Shown: one piece after another, positions 8,957-18,548 of the stretch
Layout: each line of letters begins with the position of its first letter
How positions within the stretch are numbered: position 1 is the first letter of the stretch
Notes under the pieces: model-generated
Told to the model about the DNA's origin: nothing
The model's input: only the letters and a program-made list of their open reading frames with translations
The model's database searches: none
NCBI GenBank assembly: GCA_043814095.1
Contig: JBDRKI010000097.1
Span: 1-52,428, forward strand
Length of the DNA stretch: 52,428 nucleotides
Reading direction: 5' to 3'
Source: Armatimonadota bacterium
GTDB lineage: Bacteria > Vulcanimicrobiota > JACPDS01 > JBDRKI01
Program-made: the position numbers and the translations under genes

Positions 8957-9955
8957 TTAGTCTTTATCCCAGACCATAACGGTTGATCCCCAAGTAAGGC
9001 CCGCGCCAAAACCTACAAGCACAACAATATCGCCTTTTTTAATCCTGCCTGTTTTATATGCTTCGTACAGGGCCATGGGAACAGACCCGCATGATGTATT
9101 GCCGTATTTATCAACATTAACAAAAACTTTATCTTTATCAAGCTTTAATCTTCTTATGGCGGCGTCAATAATGCGCACATTCGCCTGATGAGGCACAAAA
9201 CAGCTTACATTCTCGGGTTTTAATCCGGCAAGCTCTATGGCACTTAGTGAAGCGTCACCCATTATCTTGACGGCAAATTTAAAGACTTCATTGCCGCTCA
9301 TCTCTATATAATGGAGTCTTTTATCAACTGTATCGTGGGAAGCAGGCAGTCTGGTACCGCCGGCCTGCATCCTTAGAAGCTCGGCGCCGGAACCGTCTGC
9401 GCCCAGATAAAAAGAAAGGAATCCCGAACCTTTTTCAGAGGGCTTTAAAACTACCGCCCCTCCCGCGTCACCAAAAAGCACGCAGGTACCGCGGTCCTCC
9501 CAGTTGGTTGAACGGGTAAGTATATCAGCGCCCACTACAAGCACATTATTATACATACCGCTCGCGATGAAATTATACCCGACAGAGAGCCCGTATATAA
9601 AGCCGGAGCATCCGGCTTGAATATCAAACGCGGCCGCGTTCTTCGCGCCTATCTTATCCTGTAATATGCACGCTGTCGCGGGAAATACCATATCGGGGAT
9701 AGCTGAAGCGCTGACAATAAGGTCTAACTCTTCGGGCTTCATATCCGCGTCTTTCAAGGCCATCTCAACGGCTTTTATCGCTATATCGGAAGTTGCTTCA
9801 TGTTTTTCCGCAATCCTGCGTTCCTTTATGCCGGTGCGGGAAGTTATCCATTCATCCGAAGTCTCAACAATTTTTTCAAGGTCGGCATTGGATAATATTT
9901 TCGGAGGCGCATATGCGCCTATACCGGCAATATACGCTGAACGTTCACATCTCAT
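8957..9955 (-). CDS. fabH: Beta-ketoacyl-ACP synthase III
   Basis: AGCSGF, PHQAN and GNTS catalytic triad motifs; GFGAGLTWG. Confidence 0.96.
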   Translation of the reverse strand: MRCERSAYIAGIGAYAPPKILSNADLEKIVETSDEWITSRTGIKERRIAEKHEATSDIAIKAVEMALKDADMKPEELDLIVSASAIPDMVFPATACILQDKIGAKNAAAFDIQAGCSGFIYGLSVGYNFIASGMYNNVLVVGADILTRSTNWEDRGTCVLFGDAGGAVVLKPSEKGSGFLSFYLGADGSGAELLRMQAGGTRLPASHDTVDKRLHYIEMSGNEVFKFAVKIMGDASLSAIELAGLKPENVSCFVPHQANVRIIDAAIRRLKLDKDKVFVNVDKYGNTSCGSVPMALYEAYKTGRIKKGDIVVLVGFGAGLTWGSTVMVWDKD

Positions 9956-9978
9956 AATACCCGTCCTTCATGTATTAC

Positions 9979-10173
9979 TTACTTCTTTGCTTTTTCTTCT
10001 TTCTGGGTTATAACTGATCTCTTGTTATAGGTTCCGCAGGATAAGCAAATACGATGAGGAAGCTTGGGTTCATGACACTGCGGGCAGTTGGTTGTTTTTG
10101 CTTCGCCCAGCTTGTAATGAGTTCTTCTTCTTCTTGTTTTTGATCTTGAAGTTTTAACTTTTGGATTCGCCAT
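9979..10173 (-). CDS. rpmF: 50S ribosomal protein L32
   Basis: MANPKVKTSRSKTRRRR, CPQC...PHRICLSCG. Confidence 0.96.
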   Translation of the reverse strand: MANPKVKTSRSKTRRRRTHYKLGEAKTTNCPQCHEPKLPHRICLSCGTYNKRSVITQKEEKAKK

Positions 10174-10174
10174 C

Positions 10175-10654
10175 TTATTTCACCTCGCTTTTGCAGTTGC
10201 AATCTTCTAAATTTCTATTCTTACCGCATACCGTGCATATGCCTTTACAGTCAGGGCCGCATATGGGGTTTATGCCAAAAGATGTTAATATGCTCTGTCT
10301 TACGGCTTCATTTATATCTATTATATTGCTGTTTTTATCATAAATGAAGAATTCAACTTCTTCCATGTCTTCGTCTTTTAACTTTATAACCTGCTCGCTG
10401 TGTTTATCAAGGAATTCTTCCTTAAACTCAACATTAACCGGGAATATAAAATCTTCACAGCATCTCACGCAGTTAAGCTTTATCCTGGTCTTTATAGTGC
10501 CTTCCACCCATATCCTGGACCCGGCATTTGTAGCTTTGGCTTTTATCTTAACTTTATCGGCAAAATCAACAAATTCAAGATGCATATCCTCTTCAAATAC
10601 GGCATCTTTATGGCCGCCCAAGGTACCCATTATGTCTTGTATGTCCATAAGCAT
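10175..10654 (-). CDS. YceD/DUF177 family protein
   Basis: CVRC and CGPDCKGICTVCGKN motifs; upstream of rpmF. Confidence 0.9.
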   Translation of the reverse strand: MLMDIQDIMGTLGGHKDAVFEEDMHLEFVDFADKVKIKAKATNAGSRIWVEGTIKTRIKLNCVRCCEDFIFPVNVEFKEEFLDKHSEQVIKLKDEDMEEVEFFIYDKNSNIIDINEAVRQSILTSFGINPICGPDCKGICTVCGKNRNLEDCNCKSEVK

Positions 10655-10837
10655 AAAAACCCTCGCGTGAGAGTAATTTATATGATTATATATACATTAT
10701 TTATTATTGTCAATAAAGAAGGCTCAATAAGTAATACTAATTGTTTAAAAGGTATTTTTTAAGATAATAAGAATAATATCCACGGATAGAAAATATTAAA
10801 TTATACTTAGTTTTATACCGGGAGGAGGTGACAAAAT

Positions 10838-11482
10838 ATGAGAAAAAACCTGATTGCTTTAATACTGCTCTGCGCGTTCATATTCAGCTTTACAATAGCG
10901 GCATCAGCCCAGTTTCCGGGCGTACCCGTACCGAAACCTGCACCCCAGCCGGCTGCTGAAGAAAAAACAGACGACGGGCCCCAGGCGGTTGAAGAAGAAT
11001 TTGAGGGCTTCTCAGGGGAGCTTGAGGAATACGAAAGCGAGGACGGCCAGTACATAATAGCGGTACCCGTGGAATTTGAACTTACCGAAGAAGGATATAC
11101 TACTCACTGGACAGGGCCTAAAATAAATGATATGGCTACAAGTATGTCCGTTAACTTCGTTGACATGCCCGATGTAAACTCCGATGTGCTGTATCAGACT
11201 AACCTTGATTCCTATAAAAAGAAAAAGGATTATACAGATGTCCAACCGGTTAAAATAAAAGGGAAAGGGCTTGCCTTCAGGGTAAAAGAAGCAAACCACA
11301 AACCGGGAAAATCATCACAGGAGAAAGACCCCAACGATATCCACAGGTGGCACATGTTTGTATTCGGGAACGGCAAGTTCTATACAATGGGGTTCTGTGC
11401 TAATTACCAGACATTTAAAGATAATAAAGTTCAGGATATATACGAGGAAGTAATAAAATCCGTTGAACTGGCCCCTCAGTAA
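10838..11482 (+). CDS. Secreted hypothetical protein (possible PsbP/DcrB-like fold)
   Basis: RBS GGAGGTGA; signal peptide ending ASA; Pro/Ala/Glu-rich linker, then a globular domain; fold assignment is tentative. Confidence 0.7.
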   Translation: MRKNLIALILLCAFIFSFTIAASAQFPGVPVPKPAPQPAAEEKTDDGPQAVEEEFEGFSGELEEYESEDGQYIIAVPVEFELTEEGYTTHWTGPKINDMATSMSVNFVDMPDVNSDVLYQTNLDSYKKKKDYTDVQPVKIKGKGLAFRVKEANHKPGKSSQEKDPNDIHRWHMFVFGNGKFYTMGFCANYQTFKDNKVQDIYEEVIKSVELAPQ

Positions 11483-11499
11483 AAATACAAAACAAAGAT

Positions 11500-11540
11500 A
11501 TAAGCGGTGTACTTTACTTAAAGCACACCGCTTATTTTAT
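11500..11540 (+). terminator. Terminator between convergent genes
   Basis: ATAAGCGGTGT...ACACCGCTTAT stem followed by TTTAT. Confidence 0.7.
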
Positions 11541-11566
11541 TCCTTATCTGCCTTATTAGTTTAATT

Positions 11567-13594
11567 CTATCTTTCTGTTTGCTTTTTCCTTGATTGAAGA
11601 ACCTTAAGTTTCTCAACATGCTCTTTTACTTTTTCAACATATTCTTTATCCTGTTTGTACTTTTCACAGAAAAGATTAAAGTTATCCGCCGCGAAACCGT
11701 ACTCACCTACTGCCTGGTAAACAGATGCAAGATTATGATTTAACTCCGGTGGGTAAGGATCAATAATAAGCGCTGTTTTAAAATACTCTATGGCTTTATG
11801 ATACTGCTTATTCTTTAAGAAAAATACAGCAAGGTTATATACCCCGCCAAGGGACCTGTTATTTAAAACTTGCTCAAAACAGTAATCCGCATTATGCATG
11901 TCATTTATGCTGTAATAATAAATACCGAGCTTCTCCCAGTAATAACCTAAAATCTGTTTTATCCGGTAATCCTTATAAATATTGTCACCTAAGTTGCGTA
12001 TATGTATTTTAGAGATCGGGTTAAATTCTTCGGGAATCGTCTCGCCTTTTTTAACAACTCTCGAGACTATACCGAAAGGTTTTAGTTCATACTCTGAATC
12101 TTTCCCCAGATTAAAACTTCTGCTTAAAAAACAGAAATATATAGGGCGCTTGCCGTAATTCTCATCTATAATTTTCGTAAAGAGCTCTCTTTTTTCTTCT
12201 TCCCTTTCTTTCATGGTATCATAACCCATATTAAACCTTTTACCCAGATCAGATACGCATCCGTTGCTGTCATACATTTTTATATCCGTCCGGTACCTCT
12301 CAACAGCCTGGAAGTAAATAACATTGAATGTAACAGAATCACCTTCCGTAAAAAGAACCGCGTCTTTATCCGTTAAATCTATCGCGCTTTTTACAAAATC
12401 ATATACATAATAATTCTTACTGAGATTATTCTCGTAATAGTTGGATAAAAGGGGTATTAACACAAGAAGTATTATTAAGGATTTAATTATATATTCGAAA
12501 ACCTTATTTTTATTAATAATGAAAGCAAATAAATTCCATATGAATAACAAACCTAATCCTATATAGCACGCGAATATGAGATAACATCCGGAATAAAATA
12601 CAGAAACCTCCATAAGCTTATCAAGTGCGGGAGGTATCTGGGGAAAAACAATAATTAAGAATATGCCGTTAAAAATGAAAAGAAAGAATGTAAGAAGGAA
12701 AAATTTAAAATTCTTCCTTATTAATTCCCAGATGCCTAATATACCTATTATTATAAAGGGGATGGAAAACTGATTTAAAAACTGGATTAAAAACGCTTTT
12801 AAAAACAGCTTTCTTTCTGCTAATGTGTAATAAACTGCATTACCGCCTGTCTCTCCGTATACCTTGCGCTGTATATGTGATAAAAACCCCTGGAGCGATT
12901 CCGGGTTCCCGAAATCCATTGCAGGGTTAAACTTAGATGCTATCGGAATATACAGGTACGGCAACAAGCCTAAAATAAAAAGAGCTATACTTCCAAACAC
13001 TACTTTAGGCTTTTTAAGAACCTCCCAACTATTCCATACAACAAAAAGAACAAATAAAGGGCCTGCAAGAAGCATAAGGTGATGGTTGCATAAACTTAAC
13101 CCGTATATAAAAGATGTAAGGTATATATATTTATCTTCTTTGTTCTCCTGCCATACCGATAAAAGATACAGGCATAGCGATAAAAAGAATATATTTAATG
13201 AATAAACTTCAGCTACCACAGACTGCGACCATAAAAGAGGAGAGAATGAGAAAAGCATTGATGAGGCAAATGATATCTCTTGTTTTTTAGTAATTCTGTA
13301 AATTAATAGGAACAGGAAAAATGCAGCAAGCGCGCTTACAAAAGCAGACATAAAATTAACACGCCAGGCAATGCTTCCTACAGGAATAAAAGTAAATAAT
13401 TTACCTAACATACAGTAAACAGGATACCCCGGTGGATGTACAACACCTAAGGTATATGCGCCTGTTATAAACTCACCGCAGTCTTCAGTGTATGTGGTGG
13501 GGCATAATGTTAATATGTATATAATCAGGGGGAATAAAAAAGAGAGCCCCGCAAGTATTTTAAAATATAATCCTTTTGAATTATTATTTTTCAT
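11567..13594 (-). CDS. DUF2723 / TMEM260-like GT-C membrane glycosyltransferase with C-terminal TPR
   Basis: EDCGEFITGAYTLGVVHPPGYP, WSQSVVAEVYSL, many hydrophobic segments, TPR-like C-terminus (YNLAVFF...AIEYFKTALIIDP). Confidence 0.82.
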   Translation of the reverse strand: MKNNNSKGLYFKILAGLSFLFPLIIYILTLCPTTYTEDCGEFITGAYTLGVVHPPGYPVYCMLGKLFTFIPVGSIAWRVNFMSAFVSALAAFFLFLLIYRITKKQEISFASSMLFSFSPLLWSQSVVAEVYSLNIFFLSLCLYLLSVWQENKEDKYIYLTSFIYGLSLCNHHLMLLAGPLFVLFVVWNSWEVLKKPKVVFGSIALFILGLLPYLYIPIASKFNPAMDFGNPESLQGFLSHIQRKVYGETGGNAVYYTLAERKLFLKAFLIQFLNQFSIPFIIIGILGIWELIRKNFKFFLLTFFLFIFNGIFLIIVFPQIPPALDKLMEVSVFYSGCYLIFACYIGLGLLFIWNLFAFIINKNKVFEYIIKSLIILLVLIPLLSNYYENNLSKNYYVYDFVKSAIDLTDKDAVLFTEGDSVTFNVIYFQAVERYRTDIKMYDSNGCVSDLGKRFNMGYDTMKEREEEKRELFTKIIDENYGKRPIYFCFLSRSFNLGKDSEYELKPFGIVSRVVKKGETIPEEFNPISKIHIRNLGDNIYKDYRIKQILGYYWEKLGIYYYSINDMHNADYCFEQVLNNRSLGGVYNLAVFFLKNKQYHKAIEYFKTALIIDPYPPELNHNLASVYQAVGEYGFAADNFNLFCEKYKQDKEYVEKVKEHVEKLKVLQSRKKQTER

Positions 13595-13665
13595 ATACTT
13601 ATCCTTTATTATTTTAAATTTAACAGTTTGAATATTTTTTTATTTAAATAAAAAATTCACTATTT

Positions 13666-13706
13666 AAAAAATAAATCCTGTAAGAAATATTTCTTACAGG
13701 ATTTAT
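13666..13706 (-). terminator. Perfect 36-bp palindrome, probable terminator of the recG-coaD operon
   Basis: ATAAATCCTGTAAGAAAT|ATTTCTTACAGGATTTAT at 13671-13706, followed by a T-run on the minus strand. Confidence 0.7.
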
Positions 13707-13747
13707 AATTCTAACAATCATCCTGATATATTTAGTATATTATAGTA

Positions 13748-14398
13748 TTACTGCTGGGGACCTATTTTATTTAATTTATCTTTCGCGCTTACAATATTGG
13801 TTGATATGCGGTTAGCATCCCCTTCAAGGCTGGATAATATTTTATTCGCGTATGCGTATGCCGAACTTCTTATGCCCGCTGATTCTTCTTCCGCTTCATT
13901 AACCATCCTGGTAGATTTTTCTTCCGCAGTTGATACCATCTCTTCTGATTTTTTCTGCGCGGATCTGTAAAGGCTTTCCGCTTCGGCCTTTATTTTAGCG
14001 GCCTCGGAATTTACCCTATCCATTACGGAGGAAGCGCGGGATTCGGCTTCTTTTACAAGCTTCTCGCCCATCTGGCGGGCTTCGGCCATAATATCGCTCT
14101 CATTTAAAAGATTTCTTCTTTCTTCATTTGTCTGGTCAATTATCTCCCTGCTTCTTGCCTCTGTATCTTTTATAATCTTTGCTGCTTTCTCTTTGCCTTC
14201 CTGGAGAAATTTCTGGTACTCTTTTGAGATCCACCTTGCTCTCTGCATCTCCTGGGGAAGACTTGTCCTTGTTCTTTCTATGAGGCTTAAAAGTTTTTCC
14301 CTGTTAAAAATGGCGTAATCCTGCCAGAAAAGCGGCATCTTAGGCCTGGCATTGTAGACAAAATTTTCCAGTTTATCCAGAACTCTAAAAATACTCAT
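13748..14398 (-). CDS. Coiled-coil SepIVA/Cdv3 (DivIVA-like) protein
   Basis: IFRVLDKLE...LPQEMQRARWI followed by long Ala/Glu-rich heptads and AYAYANKILSSLE; conserved position after coaD. Confidence 0.65.
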   Translation of the reverse strand: MSIFRVLDKLENFVYNARPKMPLFWQDYAIFNREKLLSLIERTRTSLPQEMQRARWISKEYQKFLQEGKEKAAKIIKDTEARSREIIDQTNEERRNLLNESDIMAEARQMGEKLVKEAESRASSVMDRVNSEAAKIKAEAESLYRSAQKKSEEMVSTAEEKSTRMVNEAEEESAGIRSSAYAYANKILSSLEGDANRISTNIVSAKDKLNKIGPQQ

Positions 14399-14413
14399 AA
14401 ATGCCTCCGTTTT

Positions 14414-14932
14414 TTAATCATTCTCTATTTTTTGATTTTTGGCTAAATTGGTTAAGGTTTCAAATTTTTCCGCTAATTTTTTCTCTACATTCGGAGGAAC
14501 AAGACTGCGTATGTTTCCGCCAAAGGCTGAAATTTCCCTTACGGAGCTTGAAGAAAGAAAAGCATACTGGTTTGAAGTCATAAGAAAAATAGTCTCCATG
14601 GAGGGTTCCAGTTTTTTATTCATAAGCGCCATCTGGTACTCAAATTCAAAATCAGATATGGCCCTTAAACCTTTTACTATAACAGAAGCGCCCTTCTCCT
14701 TAAGAAAATCAACCAGAAGACCCCTGAAAGTATCAGTCTGCACATTCCCCATGTCCTTCACCGCTTCATCAAGAAGCCTTAATCTTTCTTCCAGGGTAAA
14801 CAAAGGCTGTTTCGCGGGATTTTCAACAACAGCAACAATAAGTTTATCAACTAATTTAGACGCGCGGTTTATAATGTCCAGATGACCGTTTGTTATCGGA
14901 TCAAAACTGCCAGGATAAACAGCTATTCTCAT
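14414..14932 (-). CDS. coaD: Phosphopantetheine adenylyltransferase
   Basis: [36 protein letters not shown]. Confidence 0.97.
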   Translation of the reverse strand: MRIAVYPGSFDPITNGHLDIINRASKLVDKLIVAVVENPAKQPLFTLEERLRLLDEAVKDMGNVQTDTFRGLLVDFLKEKGASVIVKGLRAISDFEFEYQMALMNKKLEPSMETIFLMTSNQYAFLSSSSVREISAFGGNIRSLVPPNVEKKLAEKFETLTNLAKNQKIEND

Positions 14933-14935
14933 AAT

Positions 14936-15436
14936 TTAATCTCTCCCGGTTTGTTTAAAAAAAGTTAATACTGTCTGGCCGTATTTTCTCCGGTCAAACA
15001 ATGAAATGTTACTGAACTTACCCGAAAACTCCTTCTTGTGGTAATGCTCAACTACTATTATACCATGTTTGCTCAATAAAATCTTCTCATCTATAATATC
15101 TAATGCTTTATCTGCTGTATTATCACCATAAGGAGCATCTATGAATGTTATATCAAATTTTAAGGAATTTTTCTTCAAGTACCTCAAAACATCGTCCTTA
15201 ACCAGTATTATATTGTCCGCGGAAGCTTTCTCTATATTCTTTTTTATAATTTTAACGGCATTATAGTCGTTCTCAACTAGTGTAACTTCCCTTGCCCCGT
15301 AAAGAGCCGCGTCAATACCCACAAGCCCTGATCCGGCAAATAAATCAAGGAATAAAGCGTCTTTAATTTTAGCCGATAAAATATTAAATAACGCTTCCCT
15401 TATCTTTGCCGTTGTCGGCCTGAAACCCTTATTCAT
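14936..15436 (-). CDS. rsmD: 16S rRNA m2G966 methyltransferase
   Basis: RPTTAKIREALFN, LDLFAGSG, DAPY and RKYGQT motifs; recG-rsmD-coaD order. Confidence 0.88.
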   Translation of the reverse strand: MNKGFRPTTAKIREALFNILSAKIKDALFLDLFAGSGLVGIDAALYGAREVTLVENDYNAVKIIKKNIEKASADNIILVKDDVLRYLKKNSLKFDITFIDAPYGDNTADKALDIIDEKILLSKHGIIVVEHYHKKEFSGKFSNISLFDRRKYGQTVLTFFKQTGRD

Positions 15437-17502
15437 AATGTTATCTTTTCCTGTTTAAAGAATTCTTTTATTTTCTTCTTTATTCTAGAATTTTCTCTCT
15501 TATTAAGCAAGCCGTCCCGCGACAAAAGCACCTCAACATCATCAGATGCCTGTTTTAATACGGTTATATCCCTTAACGGGTTGGCAATCCTTAATTCGGG
15601 AAAACCGTGCTGGGTCCACCCGAAAAACTCGCCTGTGCCCCTTCGCTCAAGATCAAGCTGGGCAACTTTAAACCCGTCGGGCTCCGCGCAGAATTTTTTA
15701 AGCCTCTCTTTTGTGTCTTCATTATCTGTATCGGACATAAGTATGCAGTAAGAATCCTGGTTTGACCTGCCTATCCTGCCCCTTAACTGGTGAAGCTGGG
15801 CAAGCCCGAACCTCTCGGCGTTTTTCACGACCATAACGTTAGCGTCCGGGATGTCAATCCCCACTTCTATAACTGTCGTAGTCACAAGAACGGATATTTT
15901 TTTATTCCTTAGGTCTTCCGCTATTTTTTCTTTTTTAGAAAAGTCCATTTTACCGTGAAGCAAGGCCGTGTTTAAATCTTTAAAAACAGTGCCCTTTAAT
16001 TTTTTATACTCGCTCTCCACGGACTTTAACTGCGAATCTTCATCTTCTTCTATTAACGGGCAAACTATAAATGCCTGTCTCCCTTTAGCAGACTGCTGAC
16101 ATATAAATTTATACACCCTGTTTTTGTAGCTGAAAGGCACGGAATATGACTCAACCTTCCTTGCTCCTTTAGGCATCTGATCTATTATTGATATATCCAT
16201 ATCCCCGAACAGGGAAAGGGCAAGCGTCCTCGGGATTGGTGTTGCCGTCATAATGAGAATATCGGCGTTATCAGCTTTCTGTTTTAAGCTTAAGCGCTGT
16301 TTTACGCCGAATTTATGCTGTTCGTCTATTATAATTAAGCTCAGCTTGTTATACTCAACGCCTTTCTGGAACAAAGAATGAGTGCCTATAATAAGATCAA
16401 CTTCGCCTTCTTTTATCTTCCCGTAAATATCTTCTTTTAAACTTTTATTCTTTATTAAACTGCTAGTTAAAAGAGCTGTCCTTACTCCGAGAGCCGATAA
16501 TATAGTATTCAGCGTCCTGTAATGCTGCTGGGCGAGAATCTCGGTAGGCGCCATAAAAGATACCTGATACCCTGCTTTGACCGCGGTATACGCCGCGAAT
16601 GCCGCGACAACCGTCTTGCCGCACCCCACATCCCCTATTACAAGTCTCTGCATGGAAGAAGTTTTTTGAATGTCGCTTGCTATTTCTAAACAAACATTCT
16701 TCTGGGCGGAAGTTAACTCAAACGGGAGATTTTTCCGGAAATTATCATACAATTCATCCTTGTAATCATACTTAAACAAGCGCGGGACTGATTTCATCAG
16801 GTTCTTGGAATATTTTAATGCCAGAATAAGGAGGAAGAGCTCCTCATAAACAAATCTCCGGCGGGCTTTCTTTAATATATCTAAATCTTGCGGAAAATGT
16901 ATGCTCTCCAACGCCGTTTTTATATCCACAACACCCCTGCCGTTAATAACCTCTCCGGGGAGTATATCTTCAATATCGTCTTTATGCTCTATGACTGCGT
17001 TATTTATAATCTTTCTTAAAGCTTTATGGGACAAACCCTTGGTAAGCCCGTAAAAAGGCACAATCCTGCCGATATTTAAAAAATTGCCGGGATCGTCTTC
17101 TTTTAAAATCTCATATTCGGGATTTAAAATACGGAAACCGCCGGAACCGGCTTCCGTCTTGCCGTATAAAAAAACCTTATCTCCTTCTTTAAAGACTCTC
17201 TGGAGATAAGGCTGGTTATACCATATAATATTAACTTCTCCCGTATCGTCTTTCGCGGACGCCCTTGTAACGGTAAATCTTCTCTTTATATATGAAGTGT
17301 TAATAGATATCATCTCAACATAAAAAGCGGAAGTTTTACCGTCAGTGATATCTTTAACTTTGGTTACGCTTGTTCTGTCCTGGTATTTGCGGGGGAAATA
17401 AAAAAGAAGATCATATATGTTTTCAATATTAATCTTTTTTAATTTCGCGGCAAAAGACGGGCCTATGCCTTTACAATCACGTAAAGATTGATCCTTAATC
17501 AT
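15433..17502 (-). CDS. recG: ATP-dependent DNA helicase RecG
   Basis: GDVGCGKT, DEQHKFG, MTATPIPRTL, AERFGLAQLHQLRGRIGR. Confidence 0.97.
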   Translation of the reverse strand: MIKDQSLRDCKGIGPSFAAKLKKINIENIYDLLFYFPRKYQDRTSVTKVKDITDGKTSAFYVEMISINTSYIKRRFTVTRASAKDDTGEVNIIWYNQPYLQRVFKEGDKVFLYGKTEAGSGGFRILNPEYEILKEDDPGNFLNIGRIVPFYGLTKGLSHKALRKIINNAVIEHKDDIEDILPGEVINGRGVVDIKTALESIHFPQDLDILKKARRRFVYEELFLLILALKYSKNLMKSVPRLFKYDYKDELYDNFRKNLPFELTSAQKNVCLEIASDIQKTSSMQRLVIGDVGCGKTVVAAFAAYTAVKAGYQVSFMAPTEILAQQHYRTLNTILSALGVRTALLTSSLIKNKSLKEDIYGKIKEGEVDLIIGTHSLFQKGVEYNKLSLIIIDEQHKFGVKQRLSLKQKADNADILIMTATPIPRTLALSLFGDMDISIIDQMPKGARKVESYSVPFSYKNRVYKFICQQSAKGRQAFIVCPLIEEDEDSQLKSVESEYKKLKGTVFKDLNTALLHGKMDFSKKEKIAEDLRNKKISVLVTTTVIEVGIDIPDANVMVVKNAERFGLAQLHQLRGRIGRSNQDSYCILMSDTDNEDTKERLKKFCAEPDGFKVAQLDLERRGTGEFFGWTQHGFPELRIANPLRDITVLKQASDDVEVLLSRDGLLNKRENSRIKKKIKEFFKQEKITL

Positions 17503-17536
17503 ATTTTATCCCGTTTAATTTTAATTAAGAAGACGG

Positions 17537-18538
17537 CTAAACTTTCTGGTACTGGTCCGATAAACTTTCCATATGTTCCATGACTTTATTATCAACGGCT
17601 TTTACGGCGGATTTTACAGCGTTATATATAGCTCTTTCTTTGGCGCGCCCGTGAGATTTAAGGGCTAAACCCTGCACTCCCAGAAGAGGCGCCGCCCCTA
17701 TCTCCGCGTGGTCAAGATGTTTGCCCATTTTTTTAATCGCCGGTTTAAGCAGAAGCGCACCTATAATATAGAAAATATTTTTCTTAACTTCCGATTTAAG
17801 CTGGGTCTCAAGGTATTTTGCCATACCTTCTATCGTTTTTAAAATCATATTGCCCGTAAAACCGTCGCATACGCCGACTTCCACGCACCCGAAGAAAAAA
17901 TCCCTCATCTCAACATTGCCGGCAAAATTTAACGAACTTGATTCTATCAATTTATAAGCTTCTTTTACAAGATCATTACCCTTAATAGGCTCTGACCCTA
18001 TGTTAAGAAGCCCTACCCTGGGGTTCTTAATCCCTAAAACCTTCTCCGAATAAATACTGCCCATCTGTGCAAACTGCAGAAGATACTCGGGCTTGCATTC
18101 GGCGTTTGCCCCCGAATCAAGCATCATGCTTAAATTATTTATATTAGGCCAGAATGTCACAATTGCCGGCCTCCTTATGCCTTTTATCCTCCCGAGCACA
18201 AAAAGGGCCGTCTCCATAAGCGCCCCGGTATTGCCGGCAGACACAAAAGCATCGGCCTTTTTATCCTTAACCATCCCGGCGGCAAGAACAATAGAAGCCT
18301 TTTTCTTGCTTTTCAAGGCGCTCGTGGGATTCTCCTCCATGGTAACATATTCTTCCGTATGGACTATTTCACATAAATCTTTAGCCAGTCTTTCCTTTTT
18401 TATAACTTCATTGATTTTAGCCTCGTCCCCAACGAGAATAATTTTCGCTATTTTATCTTGAGCGGCTTTTACTGCCCCCTTAACCGTTTCTAACGGGGCA
18501 AAATCCCCGCCCATCGCATCCACCGCTATTGTATACAT
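17537..18538 (-). CDS. plsX: Phosphate acyltransferase PlsX
   Basis: IAVDAMGGDFAP, SAGNTGA, CDGFTGNMILK, KSHGR. Confidence 0.96.
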   Translation of the reverse strand: MYTIAVDAMGGDFAPLETVKGAVKAAQDKIAKIILVGDEAKINEVIKKERLAKDLCEIVHTEEYVTMEENPTSALKSKKKASIVLAAGMVKDKKADAFVSAGNTGALMETALFVLGRIKGIRRPAIVTFWPNINNLSMMLDSGANAECKPEYLLQFAQMGSIYSEKVLGIKNPRVGLLNIGSEPIKGNDLVKEAYKLIESSSLNFAGNVEMRDFFFGCVEVGVCDGFTGNMILKTIEGMAKYLETQLKSEVKKNIFYIIGALLLKPAIKKMGKHLDHAEIGAAPLLGVQGLALKSHGRAKERAIYNAVKSAVKAVDNKVMEHMESLSDQYQKV

Positions 18539-18548
18539 AAATCTCTCC

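Noticed and set aside
13671-13706. Perfect 36-bp palindrome as a recombination site or mobile element end
   Set aside because: Position after an operon and the following T-run fit a terminator; no second copy or recombinase seen
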